From contig CAWEDU010000017.1 of the NCBI GenBank assembly GCA_963807965.1, forward strand, positions 207,452 to 271,451: a DNA stretch of 64,000 nt, given 5' to 3'. The position numbers and the translations under genes were made by a program. The stretch's first letter is position 1; each line of letters starts with the position of its first letter. This document shows positions 31,364 through 40,804 of the stretch, piece by piece. Below the pieces are notes generated by a model. It saw nothing but the letters and a program-made list of their open reading frames with translations. It made no database searches and was not told the origin of the DNA. Origin of the DNA: an uncultured Thermoplasmatales archaeon (lineage in GTDB: Archaea > Thermoplasmatota > Penumbrarchaeia > Penumbrarchaeales > Penumbrarchaeaceae).

Positions 31364-32909
31364 ATGGACATAGTATTGCTATTGATATTTGCGGTCCTGC
31401 TCCTTTTGGGAGTTGGGATAGTGGCGGTGATCATCTATGCTGCGAGGTACAAGAAGGTACCCCCGGACAGTGCGATGGTCGTCTATGGTAGAGGAGCAAA
31501 GAAGGGTGCAAGGGGTTACTCAGTTGTATCCGGAGGAGGCAAGTTCATCCTGCCAGTTGTGCAGGGTTTCGATTTTCTTCCTCTTGATGTCAGGACCCTG
31601 GAGATCTCGGTGACAGATATCGTTACGGATGTCGTGACATCCGGTGCCCAGATGAACATCAAGGCCGTTACCCAGGTCAAGATAGCATCAGATGAGGCAT
31701 CATTGTACACAGCAGCCGAACAGTTGTTGCACAAGACCGACAAAGAGATCAATGAGATCGCCCAGAAAACCCTTGAGGGACATGTCAGGGGGATCTGTGC
31801 GACGATGACCATCGAGGCCATCAACTCGGATAGAGATGCAGTAGCATCCCATGTTCAGTCCCAGGCCGCAAAGGACCTGAGGAACATGGGTATCGAGATC
31901 AGGTCCTTCGTAATTAGAGATATTGAGGACCAGTATGGATACATCAAAGCCCTGGGAAGAAAGAGGACCGCCGAGGTCAAGAGGGATGCAAGGATCGGTG
32001 AGGCCATTGCCAACAAGGAGGCGACAGTAAAGGAAGCAGGGGCGGCAAGGGAGGCCGAGAGGGCCAATTCCGAGGCTGAAGGTCAAGTGGCCATCTTCCA
32101 CAAGGAGAGAGATATCACTAAGCAGAATGCCGAGGCCGAGGTTGAGATCTCCAAGGCAAACAGATCCATCTCCTTCGATCTCCAGGACAAGAAACGGCGC
32201 CAGGAACTTATCAAGGAGCAGATCCAGATCGAGATAGAGGAAAAAGTCAAAAGGATCGAACTCCAGGAAAGGGAGATAGATAGGAAAGGCAAGGAGCAGG
32301 AAGCGATCCAGGTGGTCCCTGCCAAAGCTGCTGCAAATGCCAAGATTGCCGAAGCTGATGGTGAAAAAGGTAGGATCGAGAGAATAGCTGAGGCCGAAAA
32401 GATCAAGACGATAAGAGCAGCAGAGGCTACCCAGTCCCACCTCAAATTGACAGCAGACGGTGAAAGGGAGAAGCTTGAGAAACTGGCTGAAGGTCAAGCT
32501 GCCAAGATCCGTCAGGAAGGAACAGCTGAGGCCGAGGTTATCCAGTTGAAGGGACAGGCCGAAGCCGAAGCCATTAAGGCAAAGGGTCTGGCAGAAGCAG
32601 AGGCAATGGAGAAGAAGGCACTTGCGTGGAGAAAGTGACGGTGATGCTGCAATAACCCAGCTCATAGTCGATCAGCTGCCTAACATTGTGAAGGCAGCAG
32701 CCTCATCACTCGAAGGAGTGGATAAGGTCATAGTCATGGGCGACCAGGGACCTAACGGATTTGTCAGCAAGACCGTGGACATAGCCGCACAGATGCCTGC
32801 ACTGGTGGAATCTCTGACAGGTGTTGACGTGACCAAGCTGATAAGGAATGTCGTCACCACCAAGGAAGAATCCGGGCAGGTGGATGTGGAAGCAAAGGAC
32901 GCGAATTGA
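31364..32909 (+). CDS. floT: Flotillin (SPFH/band-7 family, FloT/YuaG-like), frameshifted near 32628-32640.
   Basis: N-terminal TM, SPFH domain, then a long A/E-rich coiled coil. ORF 32622..32909 encodes the conserved C-terminus (YGDAAITQLIVDQLPNIVKAAASSLEGVDKVIVMG). AAGTGACGG versus AAGTACGG joins AWRK-YGDAA. Confidence 0.75.
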
Positions 32910-32969
32910 TCTGATCCTGGTGAGGGGGGATAACTCCTCCCCCCTCTCTTTATCTATTGAGGTTCTCCC

Positions 32970-33692
32970 ATGAAAGGTTTGGATTCCGAAGGAATGGACA
33001 GGGCTCTTGCCCAGTTCATGATGACCTCGACCTCAAAGGATGCTCTCAGAATGATAAGAGAGGCGCGATCGATAGTGATCACTGTTGAAGGATCGGAAAA
33101 TGTATTGGTCTCTGATCTTGCCTCTGCTCATTATCATGACTGTCTGAAACTTCATGATGCTTGTCTTACCCTTGAAGCGGATCCGGAGATAGTCGGGAGG
33201 AATCTTACGGCCAGGATAATATCTGGAATATTTCCCCTTCTCAATTCAATAGAAGAATTCAGGTCATTCGAGGATAGAACGGTCTGGGACATGGTCATCA
33301 ACAGTCTAGGGATCGTTGCTGAGGTAGCAACCGCTACCCAGTACCTGGAAGCTACAAGACTATCTGCCAATGCACATTCCGAAAGTGCATTGGTCAAGAT
33401 AGAGGAGAGGTTGGTCCGGATCGCAAGGAATAATGAGGGAGATCTGGAGGAGCAGATATCACTTATCGAGGAATTCATGGATGAGGTAAGGGGGCTCAAC
33501 ATCAATCCAAGAAAGAAGTCCTTCATCCCCTTCATACTTTGGCTACTTATAAGCGTTATTTCATATAAACAGCTGAAAGATGTGATGGTACAATACGGTA
33601 CTATTCACCCACAACTGTTATTACATCCCTTCAAAATACCGGAACACTCATTCACAGGTGATGAAGATGACGGATGTACTTGCAGGACTTGA
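32970..33692 (+). CDS. Hypothetical protein.
   Basis: 240-aa ORF, mostly helical, with a C-terminal hydrophobic segment. Confidence 0.35.
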   Translation: MKGLDSEGMDRALAQFMMTSTSKDALRMIREARSIVITVEGSENVLVSDLASAHYHDCLKLHDACLTLEADPEIVGRNLTARIISGIFPLLNSIEEFRSFEDRTVWDMVINSLGIVAEVATATQYLEATRLSANAHSESALVKIEERLVRIARNNEGDLEEQISLIEEFMDEVRGLNINPRKKSFIPFILWLLISVISYKQLKDVMVQYGTIHPQLLLHPFKIPEHSFTGDEDDGCTCRT

Positions 33693-35109
33693 ACCCAAGC
33701 TTCTTTGGAAGCACTTTGACATGCTGAGACAGATCCCTCGTTGCTCCAAACATGAGGGCAAGGCGATAGATTACGTTATTGAGGTTGCAAAAAGGAACGG
33801 CCTTGATTGGAAGAAGGATGAGGCAGGTAATTGTGTTGTCAAGGTCCCAGCTTCTCCCGGTAAGGAGAAATCCCCTATTGTAGTTCTTCAGGGACATGTG
33901 GACATGGTTTGTGAGAAGAACAGGGATACGGAGTTTGATTTCTCCAAGGATCCCTTGAAGCTCAGGATGGTGGATGATTATCTCTATGCTACTGGAACCA
34001 CTCTGGGAGCGGACAACGGGATCGGTGTCTGCGCAGCCCTGGCATTGATGGAATCCAAGGATATCGTCCATGGGCCATTGGAATGTCTGTTCACGATCGA
34101 TGAAGAGACAGGCCTGACAGGGGCCTTTGCACTTGGCGGGGACATGCTGGAAGGAAGATTGTTCATGAACCTCGATACCGAAGAAGAGAGAGCCCTTTAC
34201 GTTGGATGTGCTGGTGGAGGGGAATCCGATATCAAGATGGCGATCCTCAAGGAGGATGCCACAGGGAAAGCTCTCAATATCAACTTCTCTGGTATGAAAG
34301 GGGGGCATTCCGGTGTGGATATCCATGAAGGCAAGGCCAATGCGATCAAGCTTCTTGCAAGGATACTGTGGAAGGTTGCCAGGGAGCATGAGTTCGGCTT
34401 CGGCCATTTCACCGCAGGGGACAAGCACAATGCCATCCCCAGGGAGGCTGAGGTTGTACTTATCACAAATGAGGATCTGATTCCTATCAAGAAAGAGATC
34501 ATGGAAGCCTTCGAAGAGATCAAATTCGAGTACAAGAGCATCGAACCTGGCATGACGATCGAATTGAAGGAAACATCCCTACCAGAGAGTATGATGACAC
34601 CGGAGGATTCCAGAAGGACCATCCATCTCATAGTATCACTGCCGCATGGTGTCTATAGGATGTCACCAGACATACCAGACCTTGTGGAGACCTCTACCTC
34701 AATGGCGAAGATCAGGACAGAGGAAGAGGTATACATTCAACTTGCATCCCGGTCCTCCTCCAACACCCAGTTGGAAGCCCTCAGGGACAAGATCGAGGCA
34801 ATATCGGTCCTTGCAGGTGCCGATGCCGAGAGGGGACAGGCCTATCCAGGATGGCTTCCCAATTTAGATTCCAAGGTCCTTGCCATCATGAAAGAAGGGG
34901 CGATCGAACTATGGGACAAGGACCCAGAGATAAAGGCGATCCATGCGGGATTGGAATGCGGCATCATCGGTGAGAAGTTCGAAGGTATGGACATGGCCTC
35001 TTTCGGCCCTCAGATAGAAAATCCCCACTCTCCTGACGAAAGGGTCAGGGTCCCATCCGTCAAGGATTTCTGGGACCTCCTCTCCCTCACCTTGAAGAAG
35101 CTGGCCTGA
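33658..35109 (+). CDS. pepD: Xaa-His dipeptidase (aminoacyl-histidine dipeptidase, M20C family).
   Basis: 483 aa. Signatures: LQGHVDMV, GTTLGADNGIGV, FTIDEETGLTGA. Confidence 0.85.
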   Translation: MMKMTDVLAGLEPKLLWKHFDMLRQIPRCSKHEGKAIDYVIEVAKRNGLDWKKDEAGNCVVKVPASPGKEKSPIVVLQGHVDMVCEKNRDTEFDFSKDPLKLRMVDDYLYATGTTLGADNGIGVCAALALMESKDIVHGPLECLFTIDEETGLTGAFALGGDMLEGRLFMNLDTEEERALYVGCAGGGESDIKMAILKEDATGKALNINFSGMKGGHSGVDIHEGKANAIKLLARILWKVAREHEFGFGHFTAGDKHNAIPREAEVVLITNEDLIPIKKEIMEAFEEIKFEYKSIEPGMTIELKETSLPESMMTPEDSRRTIHLIVSLPHGVYRMSPDIPDLVETSTSMAKIRTEEEVYIQLASRSSSNTQLEALRDKIEAISVLAGADAERGQAYPGWLPNLDSKVLAIMKEGAIELWDKDPEIKAIHAGLECGIIGEKFEGMDMASFGPQIENPHSPDERVRVPSVKDFWDLLSLTLKKLA

Positions 35110-35192
35110 TAGGTAGTACGATACGCTTAACCATTTGGACATTCATCAGATCCCGGAAAAAGTAATTTTAATCGTAGATCGATCGTTAGGTT

Positions 35193-36683
35193 GTGTTGTC
35201 AGAGTGTGGAGATGACGAGATCGACATCATAACTTGGTGGGCAGAACAGGAGCTTCCCGAATGGAAGAAATCCGGTAAGGTGTCCGCTCCCCGGACCTGT
35301 CTGGCAAAATTGCGGGAAGGAAAGGACATCAATAAGGTCAATGAATATCTTCAGAAGGTTCTACCTTGGTCGGGTACAGGATCTGATATCAAGTTTATTT
35401 ACAAAGGTGACTATGATTTCACTCTCACGATCCTTACCACGATCCTCCACCAGTTCGGAAGTGATGATACTGTTTTGTATCCGGAGACAAGGTCTTGGAT
35501 GCTCGATCACCTCATGACCCTTTCAGGTCGAAGAGGTAGCCTGAAGGTCCCTATCACATGCGGTCTTGTCGAAGAGACCGAGAACCACATACTGATGATG
35601 GAAGGTTCCAGATATCTCAAGAACAAGTGGCTGAAGGACCACGGTTCGAAGGAAGAAGTCCATGACAACCAATTGAACGGTCTTGGTTCATTCCTCACTT
35701 CATTCATTCGTGAGAAGAGGGAAAATGGTCTCGATGAATATAATTCCAAACCTTACATAGGCTACACCCTTACAGCCGTTTTAAACTTGCATGCCTTTGC
35801 TGACGGTGATGTAGGATCTGAGGCTACAAAGCTCATTGACAGGCTGAATGAGAAATACGCCTCAAGCTCCCTATCCTTCCGTAGATATCCTCCTTTTAGA
35901 AGGAGGCTCGATCATGCAAGGGAGGAGGAACTGGACCAGGATTATCAAACGTGGATGATGAAGGTCTGGTCCAGCAAGAACAAGAAAATGATGGTAAAGG
36001 ATGGATCTCATGCAAAAGAACATTGTCTTATGGCCGCAGTGATCCCTTATGATCTCCCAGGGGAAGTTCAGGATATTCTGAGGAGAGAAGATGAGGAATA
36101 TGTTCTAAGGATCGGACATGGAAAGGGCAGATCCTCGGAGATCTATTCCAATGGTCCCGGTTATCTGATAACAGCGGGAGGTTCCAGATCGAGACTCTTC
36201 ACCATTGAAGTGACCAGACCCATCACATTGATCCTGAATGATGGAGCAGTGGTCTTGAGAGATGTTCTGCATATGGGAAATATATATCATAGATGCAGGG
36301 GCCGAAACCAGACCGGAGTAGCCAAAAGGTTCGCGGTGTCACGAGGACCTCTGAATATTCCAAAAGGTTGGATCCCCCAATCCACCAAAGGGAACTGGAT
36401 TCTCTTTGTTAGAGGTAAGATAGCAATAATCACCTATTCATCAAGGCAAATGGCTCTCTTTGCACTTTTTCCTGGTGAGGATCCAGAGGGTCTTCTCAAG
36501 AGGGTTGTAATGTCCAATCCGGATGAGAGAGGACTAAAGACTGCATTTGTAACTCCAAGCGGACAAGAATATTCTTACGACCTTGAATCCCCTATGAACA
36601 GGTATATGATGAGATCCATCGATGGAAGACCATTTGACAGGGATATCCACGATTGGTCCTACTGGGATCGAGCTTTAGAATAG
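35193..36683 (+). CDS. Large conserved hypothetical protein (496 aa) of unknown function.
   Basis: Long uninterrupted ORF with ordinary composition and no recognisable motif. Confidence 0.45.
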   Translation: MLSECGDDEIDIITWWAEQELPEWKKSGKVSAPRTCLAKLREGKDINKVNEYLQKVLPWSGTGSDIKFIYKGDYDFTLTILTTILHQFGSDDTVLYPETRSWMLDHLMTLSGRRGSLKVPITCGLVEETENHILMMEGSRYLKNKWLKDHGSKEEVHDNQLNGLGSFLTSFIREKRENGLDEYNSKPYIGYTLTAVLNLHAFADGDVGSEATKLIDRLNEKYASSSLSFRRYPPFRRRLDHAREEELDQDYQTWMMKVWSSKNKKMMVKDGSHAKEHCLMAAVIPYDLPGEVQDILRREDEEYVLRIGHGKGRSSEIYSNGPGYLITAGGSRSRLFTIEVTRPITLILNDGAVVLRDVLHMGNIYHRCRGRNQTGVAKRFAVSRGPLNIPKGWIPQSTKGNWILFVRGKIAIITYSSRQMALFALFPGEDPEGLLKRVVMSNPDERGLKTAFVTPSGQEYSYDLESPMNRYMMRSIDGRPFDRDIHDWSYWDRALE

Positions 36684-36834
36684 ACTAATGGCTGGGATGA
36701 GGATAATAGAGTTCTATCATTGACTTGTTAAAGCACATTCAAAGCGTTTTTCCGTACTATGATTGGGAACGTTCTCTCAAAATCGAGGACCTATCGGAAC
36801 AGTCTTTTATACTATTGGAAGTTTCAAGATATAG

Positions 36835-37443
36835 ATGTCTCCCTTCATCGTGGTAGAGGGTATTGACGGCAGTGGAAAAGGGACCCAGGCCAAAGCTTTG
36901 AAAGAAAGACTTTTGGACCTGGGTAAGAGTGTTTTACTTACATGTGAACCAACCAAGGGACCTACTGGCAGGTTGATAAGAGAACACCTGTCCGATCCCT
37001 TCCTCGATGATGAGGCCCTTGCACTGCTATTTGCGTCTGACAGGATAGAACACCTTGAAAAGGAGATCAGGCCCGCGCTTGATTCAGATAAATTCGTGAT
37101 CTCCGATCGATATGTATACTCATCCATCGCCTATCAGGGGCAGAAGGTGGATATGGAGTGGGTCGGAGATATCAACAAATATGCCGATAAACCGGACCTT
37201 GCCATTCTTCTGGACATCGACCCGAAGATCTCGGAAAGAAGGATGAAGGACAGGGGAGGGGACCTTGAATATTTCGAGATGGACAGGACCTTCCAGGGAG
37301 ATGTCAGAAAGACCTTCCAGAGACTCTCAAGAGGTCAGGTCCAGCCAGAGAGCTTGAAGACAAAATGGCTGGTAGTGGATGCCTCTCTCGGCAAGAGCGA
37401 GGTCCAGGACAGGATCTGGGATAAGGCCATGGAACTGTTGTAG
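36835..37443 (+). CDS. tmk: Thymidylate kinase.
   Basis: P-loop IVVEGIDGSGKGTQ, the DRY motif region, and typical size of 202 aa. Confidence 0.85.
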   Translation: MSPFIVVEGIDGSGKGTQAKALKERLLDLGKSVLLTCEPTKGPTGRLIREHLSDPFLDDEALALLFASDRIEHLEKEIRPALDSDKFVISDRYVYSSIAYQGQKVDMEWVGDINKYADKPDLAILLDIDPKISERRMKDRGGDLEYFEMDRTFQGDVRKTFQRLSRGQVQPESLKTKWLVVDASLGKSEVQDRIWDKAMELL

Positions 37444-37491
37444 GGGACCCTCCATCGTAAACTATGTATACATTGTAGACAATTTATATCC

Positions 37492-37776
37492 ATGTCTGTT
37501 GTATCAACCCGGATCAACGATGAGCTCGAAAGGGAGCTCGAACTCTTCATTGAGGAGGAGCAGATAGAGAGAAGTGGAGGAGTACGGAAGCTCCTGATCA
37601 CCGGACTAGAGGAATGGAGGAAGAGGAAGGCCCTTCACCTTCTTTCCGAAGGGCAGGTCACCTTCAACAGGGCAGCAGAGATCGCAGGTATGGATATCTG
37701 GGATTTCAATGGACTTGTAAAGAAGACCCATACGGTATGGGTGGATGAGGAGTGGTCAGGGGAGGACCTTGAATAA
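37492..37776 (+). CDS. UPF0175-family antitoxin.
   Basis: 94-aa protein. It overlaps the downstream DUF3368 gene at TAATGA, the canonical UPF0175/DUF3368 pair. Confidence 0.6.
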   Translation: MSVVSTRINDELERELELFIEEEQIERSGGVRKLLITGLEEWRKRKALHLLSEGQVTFNRAAEIAGMDIWDFNGLVKKTHTVWVDEEWSGEDLE

Positions 37777-38315
37777 TGAATCTTCTTATAATCGACTCTA
37801 CTCCATTGATCCACCTCGGGAAAGCGGACATTCTCGATAAAATATCCGAACTTGAATACAATGTTATCGTGCCAATGTCCGTGTTCGAAGAGGTGGTGAA
37901 TAATGGGAAAAGGAGGGGTCTTACAGATGCGTTGAAGATTGAAAGAATAATTCGATCGAAACCATTTAAGGTAGTGGATGTAAAAAAAGGAGATATCCAT
38001 GACCTTTTCAAAGAGAATCTTAGTTTATCAGATGCTGATAAGGATGTATTAGAAGCTGCAAGGAGAAATAATGGTATTGCGATATTAGATGAAAGTTACG
38101 GAAGATCCATTTGTGAAGTGGAAGGGATCAGACATAAAGGAAGTCTCTGGATCTTAAAGGAAATGATCATTTATCGAGCAATAACTCCGGAACAGGCAAG
38201 AAATGCACTTGACAGGATGATAGAGGGCGGATGGTTTTGCTCTACAGTTTTGTATTCCAGAGCTTTGAGAATGATCGATGAGAAAGAATACAGAACGAAA
38301 AGAAGTAAATCGTAA
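37776..38315 (+). CDS. DUF3368-family PIN-like toxin.
   Basis: The N-terminus (LLIIDSTPLIHL) resembles PIN strand-1 with an acidic residue. Translationally coupled to the upstream UPF0175 gene. Confidence 0.55.
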   Translation: MNLLIIDSTPLIHLGKADILDKISELEYNVIVPMSVFEEVVNNGKRRGLTDALKIERIIRSKPFKVVDVKKGDIHDLFKENLSLSDADKDVLEAARRNNGIAILDESYGRSICEVEGIRHKGSLWILKEMIIYRAITPEQARNALDRMIEGGWFCSTVLYSRALRMIDEKEYRTKRSKS

Positions 38316-38519
38316 ACTCATTTCACCCAGGGTATATACTGGGTGGCGACTTGGACGCAATGTACAAAACTTAAAAATTACATATAAACCTTTACAGTTA
38401 AATCGCAAAGATCGATTAGATCTCTTCATTTGGAATGAAAGGTATGAAGAATAATTCAAATAATATAACTTGAAAACGACCTTTTCACTCCACTTGCGAT
38501 TGCATTTCTTAAGACGATC

Positions 38520-40677
38520 CTACTCGATCCTTACTCTACAGTCAACTGCAACAGCTCCTTTCTCTGATATGAAAAGCGGATTGATCTCGATATCGGTGAT
38601 CTCATCAACCTGAAGCATCACATCACCCAGAGCCTTCAGTGTTATTGCGATCTTTGACCTATCGGCTTCCTTCTTTCCCCTGAATGCCCCGAGTAGTGCC
38701 TTGCCCCTTATCTCGTCCATCATCTCCCTGGCATCCATCTCAGAGATGGGAGCAACCCTGAACGAGACATCGTTCATGGCCTCTACCATGACCCCACCGA
38801 CACCGAACATCACCGCAGGTCCGAACACCCTGTCCCTGATCGAACTGGCAATGACCTCCCTTCCTGTCAACTGGTCCATGACGATTATCTTCTCTGACAT
38901 GGGTTCCAGCTTCTCATAAGCCTCCACCAGTTCCTCTATGTTGTCAATATCAATGATGACACCACCCCTTTCGGTCTTGTGGATAAGGTCAGGGGAAGAA
39001 CCCTTCAGGACCACCGGGAAACCGATCTTCCTTGCAGCCTTAACGGCTCCGTCAATAGAATCGACCACCGAATATTCACACATCTCAATTGGTCCTGATT
39101 TTAGGAATTCCAGTGATGTTTCCAGGTCCATGAAATTGTGACCTGCCTTTCTTGTCCTGTCTATCAGCTTTTTTATCGCTTTCAGGTCCCATTTCTCCAT
39201 GGGAGGAAGGTCCAGTTCCCTGGTGTTCTTGAACCGCTTGTATCTGTAGAGGACCTCCAGAGATGAGACGGATTCCTCGGGGAAATAGAAGGCAGGTAAC
39301 CCTGCCTCGTTGAAGGCCCTGATCTGGACATCCGCATCCCGACCACCGATGTAGCACAGAACAAGTGGTTTCTTGGGGTCCTTCATGGCCTCTATCAGGT
39401 CTTTTGTGAACTTCTCCACATCGATCCCTGAAACAGCTCCATATATGCCAATGACCGAACCGATGGTTGGTTCGTTCATTGCCTCTTTAAGGCATTGGAT
39501 ATAGTTTTCCGGGGGAGTTTGTGCAGTGATATCCACGGGATTTGAAAGTGATGCAAATGGTGGAAGGAGAGGGCCGAGTTTCTCTGCGATCCATTCAATA
39601 TTATAGAATAAGAGGAAGCCCTGACATTCCCAATTCATCTATTGCGAGTATACCGAAACCACCACCGTTCGTTATCACAAGGCATTCTTCCAGCTCCGGA
39701 AGTGGAAGATCGTTCAAAGCCCTTGTCCAGTCTATTGCTTCTCTAAGTGTGGGGGCTCTTATAGCACCCGCCTGTCTGAATGCAGCATCGAAAAGTGAAT
39801 CCGCTCCTGCAAGGGATGCTGTGTGGGATGCAACTGCCTTGGCCCCTGCTTTGGATCTTCCGGATTTCAGGATGATAACTGGTTTGATCCTAGAGACCTT
39901 CTTGACCTTCTTTATAAACTCCCTTCCATCTTTGAGGCCCTCGATATACATCAGAATGATCTTGGTATTCTCGTCACCACAGAGGAAATCAAGGATCTCC
40001 TCGTCTGAGAGGTCCGCCTTGTTACCCACGGATGTAAGGGCGGAAACACCGATCCCCTCCTGAAAGACCCGGTCCATAAGGGCGATGCCCAGGGATCCTG
40101 ATTGAGTGATAATGGCAACATTCCCCTTAAGGACCATCTCGTTTCCGAACTGGGCATTGAGGTTTACGGGGGTATAGATCATCCCGAAGACATTGGGACC
40201 CAGGATCCTGATGTTCTGTTCCATTGCGGTCCTTTTGATCTCTTCTTCCAGATCGTAGTTTCCTATCTCTTTGAATCCGGATGAGATAATAACAACGAAT
40301 GGAACTCCCTTTTTTCCGCATTCGATGAGTTCCTGATTGACGTACTGTGCCGGGATACATATGAGGGCCAGATCGATCTCCACAGGAACATCTCCAATGT
40401 CCTTGTATCCCTTCTGTCCGCAGACATCTTCCCCCTCACGATTGATAGGGAACATGCCTCCCTCAAACCCTCCATTGACCATATTGTTGAATGTCTTGAA
40501 GCCAATTTTCTTGGGATTATCCGATGCTCCGATGACAGCTACATTGCGGGGTCTGAAGAACCTCTCCAGATCTGGAACCTTACAGGAATCTTCTTCCATG
40601 ACCGGGGAATGGTATGGTATTTTATAAAGAGATTGCAGGGGTACTGACCAAGTAGTGTCTGCTTTTGATCGTGACAT
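38520..40677 (-). CDS. acd: Fused alpha/beta ADP-forming acetyl-CoA synthetase (NDP-forming acyl-CoA synthetase), frameshifted near 39601-39640.
   Basis: ORF 39601..40677 has the CoA-binding and succinyl-CoA-synthetase-like domains (VAVIGAS, GVPFVVIISSGF). ORF 38520..39638 continues with a ligase-CoA region and an ATP-grasp beta domain. The two ORFs overlap by 38 nt in different frames. Confidence 0.75.
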
Positions 40678-40804
40678 TGGCCAGGAAAGGCCGGTATAAG
40701 GAACTTGAAAACAGCATGACTTCTCCCTTAATCGGAGATAGTGAGGAGTGATACATTTTCAAGTGCAAGAAATGTTTCGTTAATATTTATAAACTCAAAT
40801 CATT

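Noticed and set aside
31700-32665. 321-aa antisense ORF opposite flotillin; also 32083..32445 - and 31855..32067 -.
   Set aside because: The low-complexity L/S/C-rich translation is the mirror of the GAA/GCC-rich coiled-coil codons. Flotillin on the + strand is strongly supported.
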